Assembly (NCBI GenBank): GCA_016870865.1
Contig: VGAC01000002.1
Coordinates: 25,792-89,791 of the forward strand
DNA from: Actinomycetota bacterium
GTDB taxonomy: Bacteria; Actinomycetota; Acidimicrobiia; Acidimicrobiales; Ilumatobacteraceae
Direction of reading: 5' to 3'
DNA length: 64,000 nucleotides
Of this stretch, positions 47,311 to 56,541 are shown piece by piece. Position numbers and translations under genes: made by a program. The notes under the pieces were generated by a model that saw only the letters and a list, made by a program, of their open reading frames with translations, ran no database searches and was not told where the DNA came from. Numbering within the stretch: position 1 is the stretch's first letter; each line of letters opens with the position of its first letter.

Positions 47311-47811
47311 TTACTTCCGCGGTGACGGGTGATAGCGCCCGGCCGGAAACGCGGGCTCGACCGTGTGCAGGATATCCCAGTCGTGAGTCAGGCGACGGTG
47401 CGAAATGCGCCAGTCACCGTCGCGACACTCGAATGAATCCCAGTAGCGGCCGGCGAAATTTTCGAGGTACTCACCCCGTTCGTTGCTGCAGCGGTGCCAT
47501 GCGATGATCTGTGTCTCGACTTCCGCACACGTCGCCGACGTGAACGTGACCAACGAATCGGACGGAAAGTGCTTGGTTGCGATCGCGTATTCGCGCAACT
47601 TCGACGTCGCGGCCTTGGCGAAGTCGGATGCCTTTCCCTGCACCACGCCATAGTCGGTCGTCGCATCGGCGTGGAATGCCTCCATCACCGTGTCGGCGTC
47701 GCATGTGTCGATGCCTTTGCAGTAGAGCAGAATCGCGCGCCGAATCGCCCGCTCGGCATCAGCGGCCTCGACAGAACCGAGAGGACCGTTCACGTCTTTT
47801 GTCGTCGCCAT
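47311..47811 (-). CDS. SnoaL/NTF2-like fold protein
   Basis: Internal ATG at 47811 (MATTKDVNG...), 166 aa, with AIRRAILLYCKGIDTCDADTVMEAFHADA typical of nuclear transport factor 2 family (SnoaL_4-like). The longer track ORF would run into tRNA-Glu. Confidence 0.7.
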   Translation of the reverse strand: MATTKDVNGPLGSVEAADAERAIRRAILLYCKGIDTCDADTVMEAFHADATTDYGVVQGKASDFAKAATSKLREYAIATKHFPSDSLVTFTSATCAEVETQIIAWHRCSNERGEYLENFAGRYWDSFECRDGDWRISHRRLTHDWDILHTVEPAFPAGRYHPSPRK

Positions 47812-47847
47812 GCGACCGACACTAATGCGACGAGTGCTACCACGAAT

Positions 47848-47923
47848 TGGCACTCCCAACGGGATTCGAACCCGTGCCGCCACCTTGAGAGGGTGGTGTC
47901 CTAGGCCACTAGACGATGGGAGC
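47848..47923 (-). tRNA. tRNA-Glu (anticodon CUC)
   Basis: The reverse complement is GCUCCCAUCGUCUAGUGGCCUAGGACACCACCCUCUCAAGGUGG...GGUUCGAAUCCCGU UGGGAGU G CCA. It has a cloverleaf with anticodon loop CUCUCAA. CCA is encoded. Confidence 0.9.
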
Positions 47924-47985
47924 CTGGGAGTCGAGAGACTATCAGCGGACCAAAAACTTCGGCCTGCACCTCGAGTGTCAAATTG

Positions 47986-48057
47986 CTGGGGAGCAAGGAA
48001 TCGAACCCTGAATAACAGAACCAGAATCTGCTGTGTTGCCAGTTACACCACTCCCCA
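47986..48057 (-). tRNA. tRNA-Gln (anticodon CUG)
   Basis: The reverse complement is UGGGGAGUGGUGUAACUGGCAACACAGCAGAUUCUGGUUCUGU...GGUUCGAUUCCUUGCUCCCCA G. The acceptor is UGGGGAG/CUCCCCA and the anticodon loop is UUCUGGU. Confidence 0.9.
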
Positions 48058-48096
48058 TCGGAGGCGGAGCCCCGCGGGTGCACAAATACTAACCCT

Positions 48097-48717
48097 CTAC
48101 CCCGTCACCTTCCACAGCCACCGGAAGCCGATGATTCTGCCGACGGCGACGCCGATGCCCTCCTTCACGTGCTTGGTCAGAGCCGAGCTTCCATCGACCG
48201 GGCTGGTCGACGTTGCCGACGTTGCCGCATCAAATCCGTTTTCTTCGGCGATGAGTCGCGAGCGCAACGAATGGAACGGGTCGGTGACGACGAGAATCGA
48301 GCGTGTTTTCGTGTCGAGCACGGAACTTTCGACGAGCGAGCGGAGATTGGCGAATGCCTCCCACGTCGAACGAGATTTTGATTCCTCTGCCACCGCAGCA
48401 TCGGTCACGCCACGCTCGACGAGGTAGTCCCTCGACGCGGACGATTCGGTGAACCTGTCCCCCGGTTGGTTTCCACCGGTGACGATCACGCGCGACGCGA
48501 CACCGAGCTTCCACAGTTCCACGACGTGATCAAGGCGCGCGGCCAGTTGTGGTGATGGACGGCCGTCGTATTGTGCGGCGCCCATCACGACGATTGCATC
48601 GACCTCGGTCGTGGTTGACGAACGTCCAACCCGCCACACTTCGAATGTCGTGAGTGCAATACAGAGCCCTGCGACGCACACGAGGAGCGCAACGAAACGC
48701 AGGGATTTGCCGAGCAC
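48097..48717 (-). CDS. DUF218 (YdcF/ElyC/SanA-like) domain membrane-anchored protein
   Basis: GTG at 48717 sits 13 nt after the gltX stop. Has a TM anchor FVALLVCVAGLCIAL, then AIVVMGAAQYDGRPSP.L..RL, VIVTGG and VVTDPFHSLRS. Confidence 0.75.
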   Translation of the reverse strand: MLGKSLRFVALLVCVAGLCIALTTFEVWRVGRSSTTTEVDAIVVMGAAQYDGRPSPQLAARLDHVVELWKLGVASRVIVTGGNQPGDRFTESSASRDYLVERGVTDAAVAEESKSRSTWEAFANLRSLVESSVLDTKTRSILVVTDPFHSLRSRLIAEENGFDAATSATSTSPVDGSSALTKHVKEGIGVAVGRIIGFRWLWKVTG

Positions 48718-48730
48718 GTTCAGCGACCGA

Positions 48731-50140
48731 TCAGAGTCGGGCGATCGCCGCACGCAAACGACCGACTGTGGAATCCCGACCCAGCACCTGGAGTGACTCA
48801 AAGAGCGGCGGACCAACCGAGCGGCCGGTGACGGCGACCCGCACGGGTGCCTGCGTCTTGCCGAGTTTGAGTTCGTGTCTTTCGGTGATGGCCTCGAACG
48901 CGACCTTCAGGTTCACCGCACTCCATTCGCTGCACGATTCACATACGGCCGCCATCTCGACGAGAACATCGCGCGCCCACGCCTCCTTGGTTGCCTTCAT
49001 CCACGAGGCGTCGTCGATGGCAGGTTGATCGAGGAAGAGGAAGTCGACCATCGATGGCACGTCGGCGAGCACCTGCACCCGCGTCTGCACCAGTTCGGCG
49101 ATCGCGGCGAACTTTGCCGCGTCGTATTTCGCGGCGGGCCACGGGACGGATGGGCTTGCGAGCACGGGCTGACACACCGCGATGAAGTCGGCGACCGACA
49201 TCGCCCTGATGTACTCGCCGTTGAAGGCGGTGAGTTTCTGAATGTCGAAAAAAGCCGGTGAGTGGTTCACGTCTTGGAGGCGGAATTCGTCGACAATGCG
49301 CTGCCACGAGACGATTTCGGTGTCACCGTGCGGCGCCCAGCCGAGGGTCATGAGGTAGTTCACCATCGCATCGGCAAGGATGCCCTCTTGTCGGTATTGC
49401 TCGACGGCTACCTTGTCGCGGCGCTTCGACAACTTTTTGCGCTGCTCGTTGACGAGCACCGGAACGTGGGCCCACGTCGGGACGACCGCACCAAGCGCGT
49501 GCCACAGCATCTGCTGCTTGGGAGTGTTGGGCAGGTGCTCTTCTGCACGCACCACGTGGGTGATGCGCATGATCTGGTCGTCGACGACGTTTGCGAGAAG
49601 AAACATCGGCGAACCATTGCCGCGCAACAGGACGAAATCCTCGATTGTTGCGTTGTCGAAGCGCACCACACCGCGCACGAGGTCGTGGGTAACGGTCTCG
49701 CCCTCGGGGACACGGAACCGCAGGACGCGCCCGGGTCCGGGCCCCAGGCCCCGCTCGCGGCTGAACCCGTCGTACCCGGGCCTACCCGACGCCTTTGCCC
49801 GCTCCTGGACCTGGTCGGGGGTGAGATCACAGAAATACGCCTTGCCCTGGGCATACAGACGCATCGCCGCCTCGACCTGCTCTGCAGCATTGTCGGACTG
49901 GAAGTAGGGACCTTCGAACTGTGGATGGCCATTGTTGATTCCCAACCACGCCAGGGCGTCGATGATGCCTTGCGTCCACTGTGGCTGGTTGCGGGACTCG
50001 TCGGTGTCCTCGATGCGCAACACGAACGTGCCGCCCTCGCGCAGGGTCAGCGCCCAGTTGTACAAAGCGGTGCGCGCTCCACCAACATGGAAGAAGCCCG
50101 TCGGCGACGGGGCGAATCGATACCGGGGACCGTTCGACAT
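48731..50140 (-). CDS. gltX: glutamate--tRNA ligase
   Basis: 469 aa with [18 protein letters not shown] (HIGH region), RIEDTD and KLSKR (KMSKS). Confidence 0.95.
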   Translation of the reverse strand: MSNGPRYRFAPSPTGFFHVGGARTALYNWALTLREGGTFVLRIEDTDESRNQPQWTQGIIDALAWLGINNGHPQFEGPYFQSDNAAEQVEAAMRLYAQGKAYFCDLTPDQVQERAKASGRPGYDGFSRERGLGPGPGRVLRFRVPEGETVTHDLVRGVVRFDNATIEDFVLLRGNGSPMFLLANVVDDQIMRITHVVRAEEHLPNTPKQQMLWHALGAVVPTWAHVPVLVNEQRKKLSKRRDKVAVEQYRQEGILADAMVNYLMTLGWAPHGDTEIVSWQRIVDEFRLQDVNHSPAFFDIQKLTAFNGEYIRAMSVADFIAVCQPVLASPSVPWPAAKYDAAKFAAIAELVQTRVQVLADVPSMVDFLFLDQPAIDDASWMKATKEAWARDVLVEMAAVCESCSEWSAVNLKVAFEAITERHELKLGKTQAPVRVAVTGRSVGPPLFESLQVLGRDSTVGRLRAAIARL

Positions 50141-50170
50141 GACGGCCCAAGGCTACAGACGGAGAGAACC

Positions 50171-50533
50171 ATGCAGAATCAACCGAACGTCTTTGGGGAA
50201 CCGGTCACGACGTGTTGCACCAGTCCGATGACGGGCTGGTACCGCAACGGGTGCTGTGAAACGGGTGGTGACGATCACGGAGTGCACACCGTCTGCGCGG
50301 TCATGACCGATGAGTTCCTCGAGTTCTCGAAGTCGATGGGCAACGATCTCTCGACCCCGATGCCCCAGTACAACTTTCCGGGTCTCAAGGCGGGCGACAA
50401 GTGGTGTCTGTGTGCAATGCGCTGGCAGGAAGCACTCGACCATGGCAAGGCACCGCGCATCGATTTGTCGGCTACCCACATGCGCACCCTCGAGTTCGTC
50501 GACTTCGACGACCTGAAGCGCTTCGCCGTCTAG
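50171..50533 (+). CDS. DUF2237 family protein
   Basis: ATG at 50171 is preceded by GGAGAG. The 120-aa product contains GEPVTTCCTSPMTGWYRNGCCETGGDDHGVHTVCAVMT..FL.F....GNDL...WCLCAMRW. The rest of track ORF 49262..50533 is antisense to gltX. Confidence 0.8.
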   Translation: MQNQPNVFGEPVTTCCTSPMTGWYRNGCCETGGDDHGVHTVCAVMTDEFLEFSKSMGNDLSTPMPQYNFPGLKAGDKWCLCAMRWQEALDHGKAPRIDLSATHMRTLEFVDFDDLKRFAV

Positions 50534-51801
50534 TCCAAGAGGGTCAGGTCGGCAAACGACTCGCGGCGTCGCACCACGCGCACAGAACCATCGGCCACGA
50601 AGATGACCGCCGGTCGCGTGACCATGTTGTAGTTCGACGCCATCGAATACCCGTAGGCCCCGGTGACGGGCACCGCAAGCAGATCGCCCACCGCGAGATC
50701 GACCGGAACGTGCGCGTCGTCGATGAGGATGTCACCGCTTTCGCAGTGCTTGCCGACCAAGCGCACGGGACGATCGCGCACCGCCGTCGGGCGGGCGGGC
50801 ATGAATGCTTCATACTGCGCGTCGTAGAGCATGGGGCGCAGGTTGTCGCTCATGCCGCCGTCAACGGCGACGTAGTCGCGCACGTTCGGAATGTTCTTCA
50901 TCGACCCGACCCGGTAGACGGTGACCGCGGCAGACGCCACTATCGAACGTCCCGGCTCGACCATCACCTCGACACCGGGCGGCAGCCCGGCCGTCGCCGT
51001 ACGCACGACTGCCGCCCACTGGCCCATCGTCGGTGCATGTTCGCCGGCCGTGTGGGCGACGCCCAGCCCACCTCCAACGGTGAGTTCGGGTAGGCCGAGG
51101 GACGAGGAGAAATCCACCATCACCCCGGCTGCGCGGCCGAGCAGGTCGGCGTCGAGAACGTTCGAGCCGATGTGGAAGTGAACGCCCACGAGATCGATGG
51201 ATTTCGCCGCACGGCAGCGCTCGATGGCCCTCGACGCGTCACCGTTGGCGAGGTTGAAACCGAACTTCGAATCATCCTGGCCGGTCGAGATGTATTCGTG
51301 CGTGTCGGCATGGATACCAGGGGTCACGCGAACCTGGACCCGCACACGCGAACCGCCTGTCACGATCCTTTCAACTCGGTCGATCTCGTCGAAGTTGTCG
51401 ATGACGATGTGGCGCACCCTCTCGATGATCGCGTAACGCAGTTCCTCTTCGGATTTGTTGTTGCCGTGCATCACGCACCGGTCGGCGGGAACACCGGCGG
51501 CGCGGGCGACGTACAACTCACCCCCCGTGGCGACGTCGAGCATGAGACTCTCCTCATGGGCGAGGCGGGCCATTGCCTTGCAGAGAAACGCCTTCGTTGC
51601 GTAGATGACGTTGCCCGTACCGAACGAGGACACGGCCTCACGGCAGCGGTTGCGAAGGTGGGCTTCGTCATAGACGAAGAGGGGTGTCCCGAACCGGCTC
51701 GCAAGGTCGTCGATGCGACACCCCCCGATCGAGAGGTGACCGTCGGCCTCGACGGTCGCCGTGTCGGGCAGGAGACGCATTTCGACCGGTGCGCGGCTCA
51801 C
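50530..51801 (-). CDS. lysA: diaminopimelate decarboxylase
   Basis: 423 aa PLP fold-III decarboxylase with YATKAF (PLP Lys), HFHIGS, GGGLGV and CESGD. Confidence 0.93.
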   Translation of the reverse strand: MSRAPVEMRLLPDTATVEADGHLSIGGCRIDDLASRFGTPLFVYDEAHLRNRCREAVSSFGTGNVIYATKAFLCKAMARLAHEESLMLDVATGGELYVARAAGVPADRCVMHGNNKSEEELRYAIIERVRHIVIDNFDEIDRVERIVTGGSRVRVQVRVTPGIHADTHEYISTGQDDSKFGFNLANGDASRAIERCRAAKSIDLVGVHFHIGSNVLDADLLGRAAGVMVDFSSSLGLPELTVGGGLGVAHTAGEHAPTMGQWAAVVRTATAGLPPGVEVMVEPGRSIVASAAVTVYRVGSMKNIPNVRDYVAVDGGMSDNLRPMLYDAQYEAFMPARPTAVRDRPVRLVGKHCESGDILIDDAHVPVDLAVGDLLAVPVTGAYGYSMASNYNMVTRPAVIFVADGSVRVVRRRESFADLTLLD

Positions 51802-53528
51802 ATCGCCTCCGGGGCGTCAATGCCGAGCAGACCGAGTCCGGTTCGTAGCACGCGCGCCGTTGCATCGCACAGCACGAGGCGACTCGAACGCACGGGCTCG
51901 GCGGACTTCAGCACGGGGCAATTCTCGTAGAAACCGGTGAATGCCGTCGCGACCTCGTAGAGGTAGGTGCAAAGACGGTGCGGGCTCGCCTTGTCGATCG
52001 TGTCGCGGACCGCCGAATCGAACTGCAACAGGCCAAGGACGAGCGTGCGCTCCTCCTTGGCCGAAATCGACGGAAGGGTTGCCGCAAGCGAGTCGCGAGC
52101 CACGTCGGCGCGGCGGAAGATGCTACAGATGCGGGCGTGGGCGTACTGCAGGTAAGGGGCCGTGTTGCCGTCGAAGGACAACATCCGATCCCAGTCGAAG
52201 ATGTAGTCCTTCACCCGGTCGGTCGACAAGTCGGCGTACTTCACCGCACCGATACCCACCATCCGTGCGATCTCATCCTGTGCGGCAGCCTCGAGGTCGG
52301 GATTTTTTTCGCGCACCGCCGCCCTCGCGCGCTCGACGGCCTCGTCGAGCAGAGCCGACAACTTCACGCTCTCACCACTGCGACTCTTCAACATCTTGCG
52401 GTCCGACCCGAGCACGTTTCCGAAGGCGACGTGGCGCATCTCCACGGTCGCCGGAAGCCAGCCGGCCGCGCGTGTGGCGGCTTCGACCATCTGCAGGTGC
52501 TGGGCCTGCGGCGCACCAACGACGTACCACATGCGGTCGACTCCCAGTCTCTCGACCCGATCGATGACACAGGCGAGGTCGGTCGTTGCGTAGTTGTAGC
52601 CACCGTCACCCTTGCGGATGATCAGAGGTAGCGGCTCGTTCTCGCGGTTTGTGAAGCCGTTGAGGAACATCACGTCTGCACCGTCGCTTTGCCGGAGGTG
52701 ACCGCCCGAGCGCAGGCGCTCGACCACCACGGGAAGAAGGTCGTTGTAGGTGCTTTCCCCCATGAGGTCGTCGTCGGTCAACAAAACGTCGAGTTGGCGA
52801 TAGATACGGTTGAAGTACTTGGTGCTCTCGGCCACCAAGACGCGCCACATTCGCAGTGTTTCTTCTTCACCCGCCTGCAGTGCAACGACACGCATTCGTG
52901 ACCGCTCCTTGAAAATGTCGTCGGCCTCGAACTTCTTGCGTGCCTCTTTGTAGAAGCCGTCCAGGTCTCCGACGGAGAACTCTTCGGTGGCGCGGGCCTC
53001 GCCGAGGTCGAGCAGGTGCTCGATCAACATGCCGAACGGGGTACCCCAGTCGCCGATGTGGTTTTCGCGGATGACACGATTGCCGACGAACTCGTGCATC
53101 CTCACGAGAGCGTCCCCGATGACAGTTGAGCGGAGGTGGCCGACGTGCATTTCCTTGGCGACGTTCGGTGCCGAGAAATCAACCACGACCGTTTCACTTG
53201 TCGGTGCTGCCTGCACACCAAGCCGTTCGTCCGAAAGCGCGATACGAAGCTGGTCATTGAGAAAATCAGCCGCGAAAACGACGTTCACGAAGCCCGGGCC
53301 GGCGACTTCGACCGTCTCGCACATGTCGGAAACATCACCCAAACGACCGAGAACGTCGTTCGCGACGTCACGCGGCGGCCGACTCAGTGCCTTTGCAACC
53401 GAGAGTGCACCGTTCACCTGCGCATCCGCGTGTTCGCTGGGTCGCACGGCAGGGTCGACGGCCGAGCCCGCGAGTGCGGCGAAGGCTTCGGCGAAGCGTT
53501 GCGAAAGAAGTTGGAGGGGATCGGCCAT
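51798..53528 (-). CDS. argS: arginine--tRNA ligase
   Basis: Internal ATG at 53528 (MADPLQLL...). Contains SAPNVAKEMHVGHLRS (HIGH) and a C-terminal DALR anticodon-binding domain ending in M. Its stop overlaps the lysA start (ATGA). Confidence 0.93.
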   Translation of the reverse strand: MADPLQLLSQRFAEAFAALAGSAVDPAVRPSEHADAQVNGALSVAKALSRPPRDVANDVLGRLGDVSDMCETVEVAGPGFVNVVFAADFLNDQLRIALSDERLGVQAAPTSETVVVDFSAPNVAKEMHVGHLRSTVIGDALVRMHEFVGNRVIRENHIGDWGTPFGMLIEHLLDLGEARATEEFSVGDLDGFYKEARKKFEADDIFKERSRMRVVALQAGEEETLRMWRVLVAESTKYFNRIYRQLDVLLTDDDLMGESTYNDLLPVVVERLRSGGHLRQSDGADVMFLNGFTNRENEPLPLIIRKGDGGYNYATTDLACVIDRVERLGVDRMWYVVGAPQAQHLQMVEAATRAAGWLPATVEMRHVAFGNVLGSDRKMLKSRSGESVKLSALLDEAVERARAAVREKNPDLEAAAQDEIARMVGIGAVKYADLSTDRVKDYIFDWDRMLSFDGNTAPYLQYAHARICSIFRRADVARDSLAATLPSISAKEERTLVLGLLQFDSAVRDTIDKASPHRLCTYLYEVATAFTGFYENCPVLKSAEPVRSSRLVLCDATARVLRTGLGLLGIDAPEAM

Positions 53529-53619
53529 GCCGTTTCCAATTGTTGCCGACGGGGGGCCGTTTTGCGGTGTTAGTTCCTTGCGCACGGATAACCTGCATCA
53601 GCGCCCGGGTCACCGGTCG

Positions 53620-53691
53620 GCCCTCGTAGCTCAGGGGATAGAGCGTCGGCCTCCGGAGCCGGATGCGCAGGTTCGAATCCTGCCGAGGGCA
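53620..53691 (+). tRNA. tRNA-Arg (anticodon CCG)
   Basis: GCCCUCGUAGCUCAGGGGAUAGAGCGUCGGCCUCCGGAGCCGGAUGCGCAGGUUCGAAUCCUGCCGAGGGCA. The acceptor is GCCCUCG/CGAGGGC and the anticodon loop is CUCCGGA. Confidence 0.9.
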
Positions 53692-53717
53692 CTGGCGAGC
53701 CGTGTGATACTTCCCAC

Positions 53718-54929
53718 ATGGGAGAACCATCGACGAACGCCGCACAGTGCCCGTACAGTCCCACCGACCCTGCCACCGTCGAGGACCCTTTTCCGGCCTA
53801 CCGGCAACTCCGCGACGAATGTCCCGTGCACCACACCACGATGGCGGGCATCGATTTTCTCACGATCGCCCGACGCGATGACGTGCACACCATCCTCACC
53901 GCGCCGAATTTCTGGGTGAACCGCCACGGAGCCGGCATCGCCTATTCGGGCGAGGACGGCCGCGGCAACCTGCAGCACTACGACCAGCCCGAGCACACCA
54001 GGCGACGTGTCCTCATGCGCAACGAGTTCAATCCACTCGAGGTGCGGAAACACCGGGACGCGACGCGTGCGCTCGCCGTTGGTCTCGCCGCCGACATGGA
54101 GTCGGCGGGTGACGAGGCCGAGTTGCACGACGACTTTGCCTGTCCCCTTCCGATCCTCGGCTTCATCGACCTGATGGGCGTCGACCCCGGTGATCGTCAC
54201 CACATCAAGGCCTGGGCCGACCAGTTGGTGCTCGGTCTCTCGGACCCGAAACAGGCGGTGAGGCCGACCGCCGAAATCAAGGCCTACATCAATGATGCGG
54301 TTTGCCGGCGCCGACGGATCGCCGACGAAGGTGGAACCCCCCCACCCGGTCTTCTCACCGAGTACTCGCTGCGATTGCTGGAGGGCGAGCGGATTCCCCT
54401 CTTCGAGATGGAATCGATGGTTCTGCAGTTGCTGGTCGCCGGCCACGAAACGACGACCTCACTCATCACCAACTTCATGTGGCGCATGCTCGACGACACG
54501 TCACGCTGGGACCGCATCGTCGCCGATCATTCGCTGATACCGAACGCCATCGAGGAAAGTCTGCGGTACGATCCGCCGGTCCTCGGTTTGTTCCGTACGA
54601 ATGTCGAGGACACGACCATCCGCGGTGTTCACGTGCCCGCCAAGTCGAAGGTGATGACACTGTACGCGTCGGCCAATCGTGACCCCGAAGCCTTCCCCGA
54701 CCCCGATGTATTCGACATTGATCGCGACGAGATGCAGTTGAAGCGCCACTACAGCTTCGGGTGGGGCATTCATCACTGCCTCGGCGCACCGCTGGCGCGG
54801 CAGACCGCGCGCATCGCAATCGAGACACTCGCGGCACGTTTTCCGATGATGCGTGCGAACGGTCCGACAGAACGTCTCGCGCCTGAAATTCTGTGGGGTC
54901 GACGGAAACTGCCCGTGCGCCTGCGCTGA
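53718..54929 (+). CDS. cytochrome P450
   Basis: 403 aa with I-helix LLVAGHETT, ExxR (EESLRY) and the heme-thiolate loop FGWGIHHCLGAPLA. Confidence 0.93.
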   Translation: MGEPSTNAAQCPYSPTDPATVEDPFPAYRQLRDECPVHHTTMAGIDFLTIARRDDVHTILTAPNFWVNRHGAGIAYSGEDGRGNLQHYDQPEHTRRRVLMRNEFNPLEVRKHRDATRALAVGLAADMESAGDEAELHDDFACPLPILGFIDLMGVDPGDRHHIKAWADQLVLGLSDPKQAVRPTAEIKAYINDAVCRRRRIADEGGTPPPGLLTEYSLRLLEGERIPLFEMESMVLQLLVAGHETTTSLITNFMWRMLDDTSRWDRIVADHSLIPNAIEESLRYDPPVLGLFRTNVEDTTIRGVHVPAKSKVMTLYASANRDPEAFPDPDVFDIDRDEMQLKRHYSFGWGIHHCLGAPLARQTARIAIETLAARFPMMRANGPTERLAPEILWGRRKLPVRLR

Positions 54930-54939
54930 CGGTGCGGGC

Positions 54940-55677
54940 TCAGTGCCGTTCGGTGAACCTGAAGACCTCGCGCAGAGCCGCGTCAGTCAGTGCCGAGTCG
55001 GGTGGTCCCTGTGCGACCACACGCTGCGCAAGCAGCATCACAGTGTCGGCGGTGTCGGCATCACCGATTTCGTGCGTTGCCATCACCACGGTGACTCCCA
55101 GTGCGCGTTCTTGTGCAATGAGATCGGCGACCAATCGTCGACCCGCGACATCGAGCCCCGCGGTCGGTTCGTCGAGCAGCAACACCTCTGAGCGACGTGC
55201 CAACACCTGCGCAAGATGGGCGCGTTGCTGCTGGCCACCGGACAAGTCGCGCAGCGGGCGCTGTGCGTATTCGTCGGCACCCGTTCGTTGCATCGACTCA
55301 CGCACCACCTGACGGTCGTCCGAGTCGATGCGGCCCAACAGACCACGACGCGCAAACCGACCCATCGTCACGATGTCCTCGACGCACAACGGCAGGGTGT
55401 ACGTGGACACCGGATGCTGCGGCAGGTACGCCACACGGGCCGGCTGCGAACCCGGGCGCTCACCGAGCACGAACACGTCACCCCCCTGCGGTTTGAGCAA
55501 ACCCGTGAGTGTCTTCAAGAGAGTCGATTTGCCCGAACCGTTCGTTCCGATCAGTACCAACATCTGGCCCGGAAACAGTGCGAATCCGACACCATCGACG
55601 ACCGGCCGGTGGCCATGACCAACCGCCAGCGAAACCGCAGCGATGGACCTGGTGTCGTCAGCCATGGACATGCTCAT
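54940..55677 (-). CDS. znuC: metal (Zn/Mn) ABC transporter ATP-binding protein
   Basis: Walker A GTNGSGKST, signature LSGGQQQR and Walker B LLLDEP. The start is among ATG 55677, 55671 or 55665 and overlaps the permease gene end. Confidence 0.85.
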   Translation of the reverse strand: MSMSMADDTRSIAAVSLAVGHGHRPVVDGVGFALFPGQMLVLIGTNGSGKSTLLKTLTGLLKPQGGDVFVLGERPGSQPARVAYLPQHPVSTYTLPLCVEDIVTMGRFARRGLLGRIDSDDRQVVRESMQRTGADEYAQRPLRDLSGGQQQRAHLAQVLARRSEVLLLDEPTAGLDVAGRRLVADLIAQERALGVTVVMATHEIGDADTADTVMLLAQRVVAQGPPDSALTDAALREVFRFTERH

Positions 55678-56503
55678 GGACGTGGGGGTGGTCGTGCGGG
55701 TGTCGGATGCCGCGGCGACGGCCGAGCCAGCGTCCCACCTCGATGACAACGGCAGCGAGGCAGAACATCAGCACGGCCACAAAAACGATCGATGCACCCG
55801 CGGCGAGGTCGGCGTGGTAGCTGACCAACAGCCCGACGTACGACGACACGGCACCGACGGCCGCCGCGACGCAGATGACCGTCGAGATACGCCGGCCGAA
55901 CAGGGCACCCGTCGCCGCAGGAGCAACCAACATGCCCAGCACCAGCAGCGTTCCGACGGTCTGAAAACTCGCGACCACCGTCAGCGCCACCATTGCCAGC
56001 ATGATGTTGCCGTACCTGCGGGGGGAGAAACCCGAGGTTGCGGTGAGTCCTTCGTCAACCGACAACAACAGGAACGGCCGCCGGCACACCCACGCCACGC
56101 CCACGACGGCGACAAGCGCGACTCCCTGCCACACAATGTCTGACCACGAGACACCCAGTACCTCGCCGAAGAGCACGGCGGTGAGATCACCCGCGAATGA
56201 AGCCGAGCGTGACTGGATGATCACCCCGAGCGCCAGCATGCCGACGAACAACAGCCCGATCGAAGTGTCTCTCGACAGGCTGAAACGACGGTTCACCACA
56301 CCGACTCCCGCCATCATCACCGCCGCACCGATGGCAGCCCCGAGAACACCGGAGAAGCCGACGAGCAGCGCGACGGCAACTCCGGGCACCACGCCGTGGG
56401 CCAAGGCGTCGCCGACGAATGAGAGTCCCCTGAGCACGACGAAGGCACCGGCGACTGCACAGGTCACAGCGACGATGCAGGTCGCAAAGAGCGACAAACG
56501 CAA
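55658..56503 (-). CDS. znuB: metal ABC transporter permease
   Basis: 281 aa with about 8 TM helices of ABC-3 (ZnuB/MntC) type and a His-rich C-terminus HPHDHPHVHEHVHG. Confidence 0.85.
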   Translation of the reverse strand: MRLSLFATCIVAVTCAVAGAFVVLRGLSFVGDALAHGVVPGVAVALLVGFSGVLGAAIGAAVMMAGVGVVNRRFSLSRDTSIGLLFVGMLALGVIIQSRSASFAGDLTAVLFGEVLGVSWSDIVWQGVALVAVVGVAWVCRRPFLLLSVDEGLTATSGFSPRRYGNIMLAMVALTVVASFQTVGTLLVLGMLVAPAATGALFGRRISTVICVAAAVGAVSSYVGLLVSYHADLAAGASIVFVAVLMFCLAAVVIEVGRWLGRRRGIRHPHDHPHVHEHVHG

Positions 56504-56541
56504 GAACTCGTTGTCGATGAAGGGCCCGAGGAAAAAGTCCG

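Noticed and set aside
47848-48057. tRNA-adjacent integration hotspot or mobile element
   Set aside because: There is no integrase, no direct repeats of the tRNA 3' ends and no compositional shift on either side of any of the four tRNAs.
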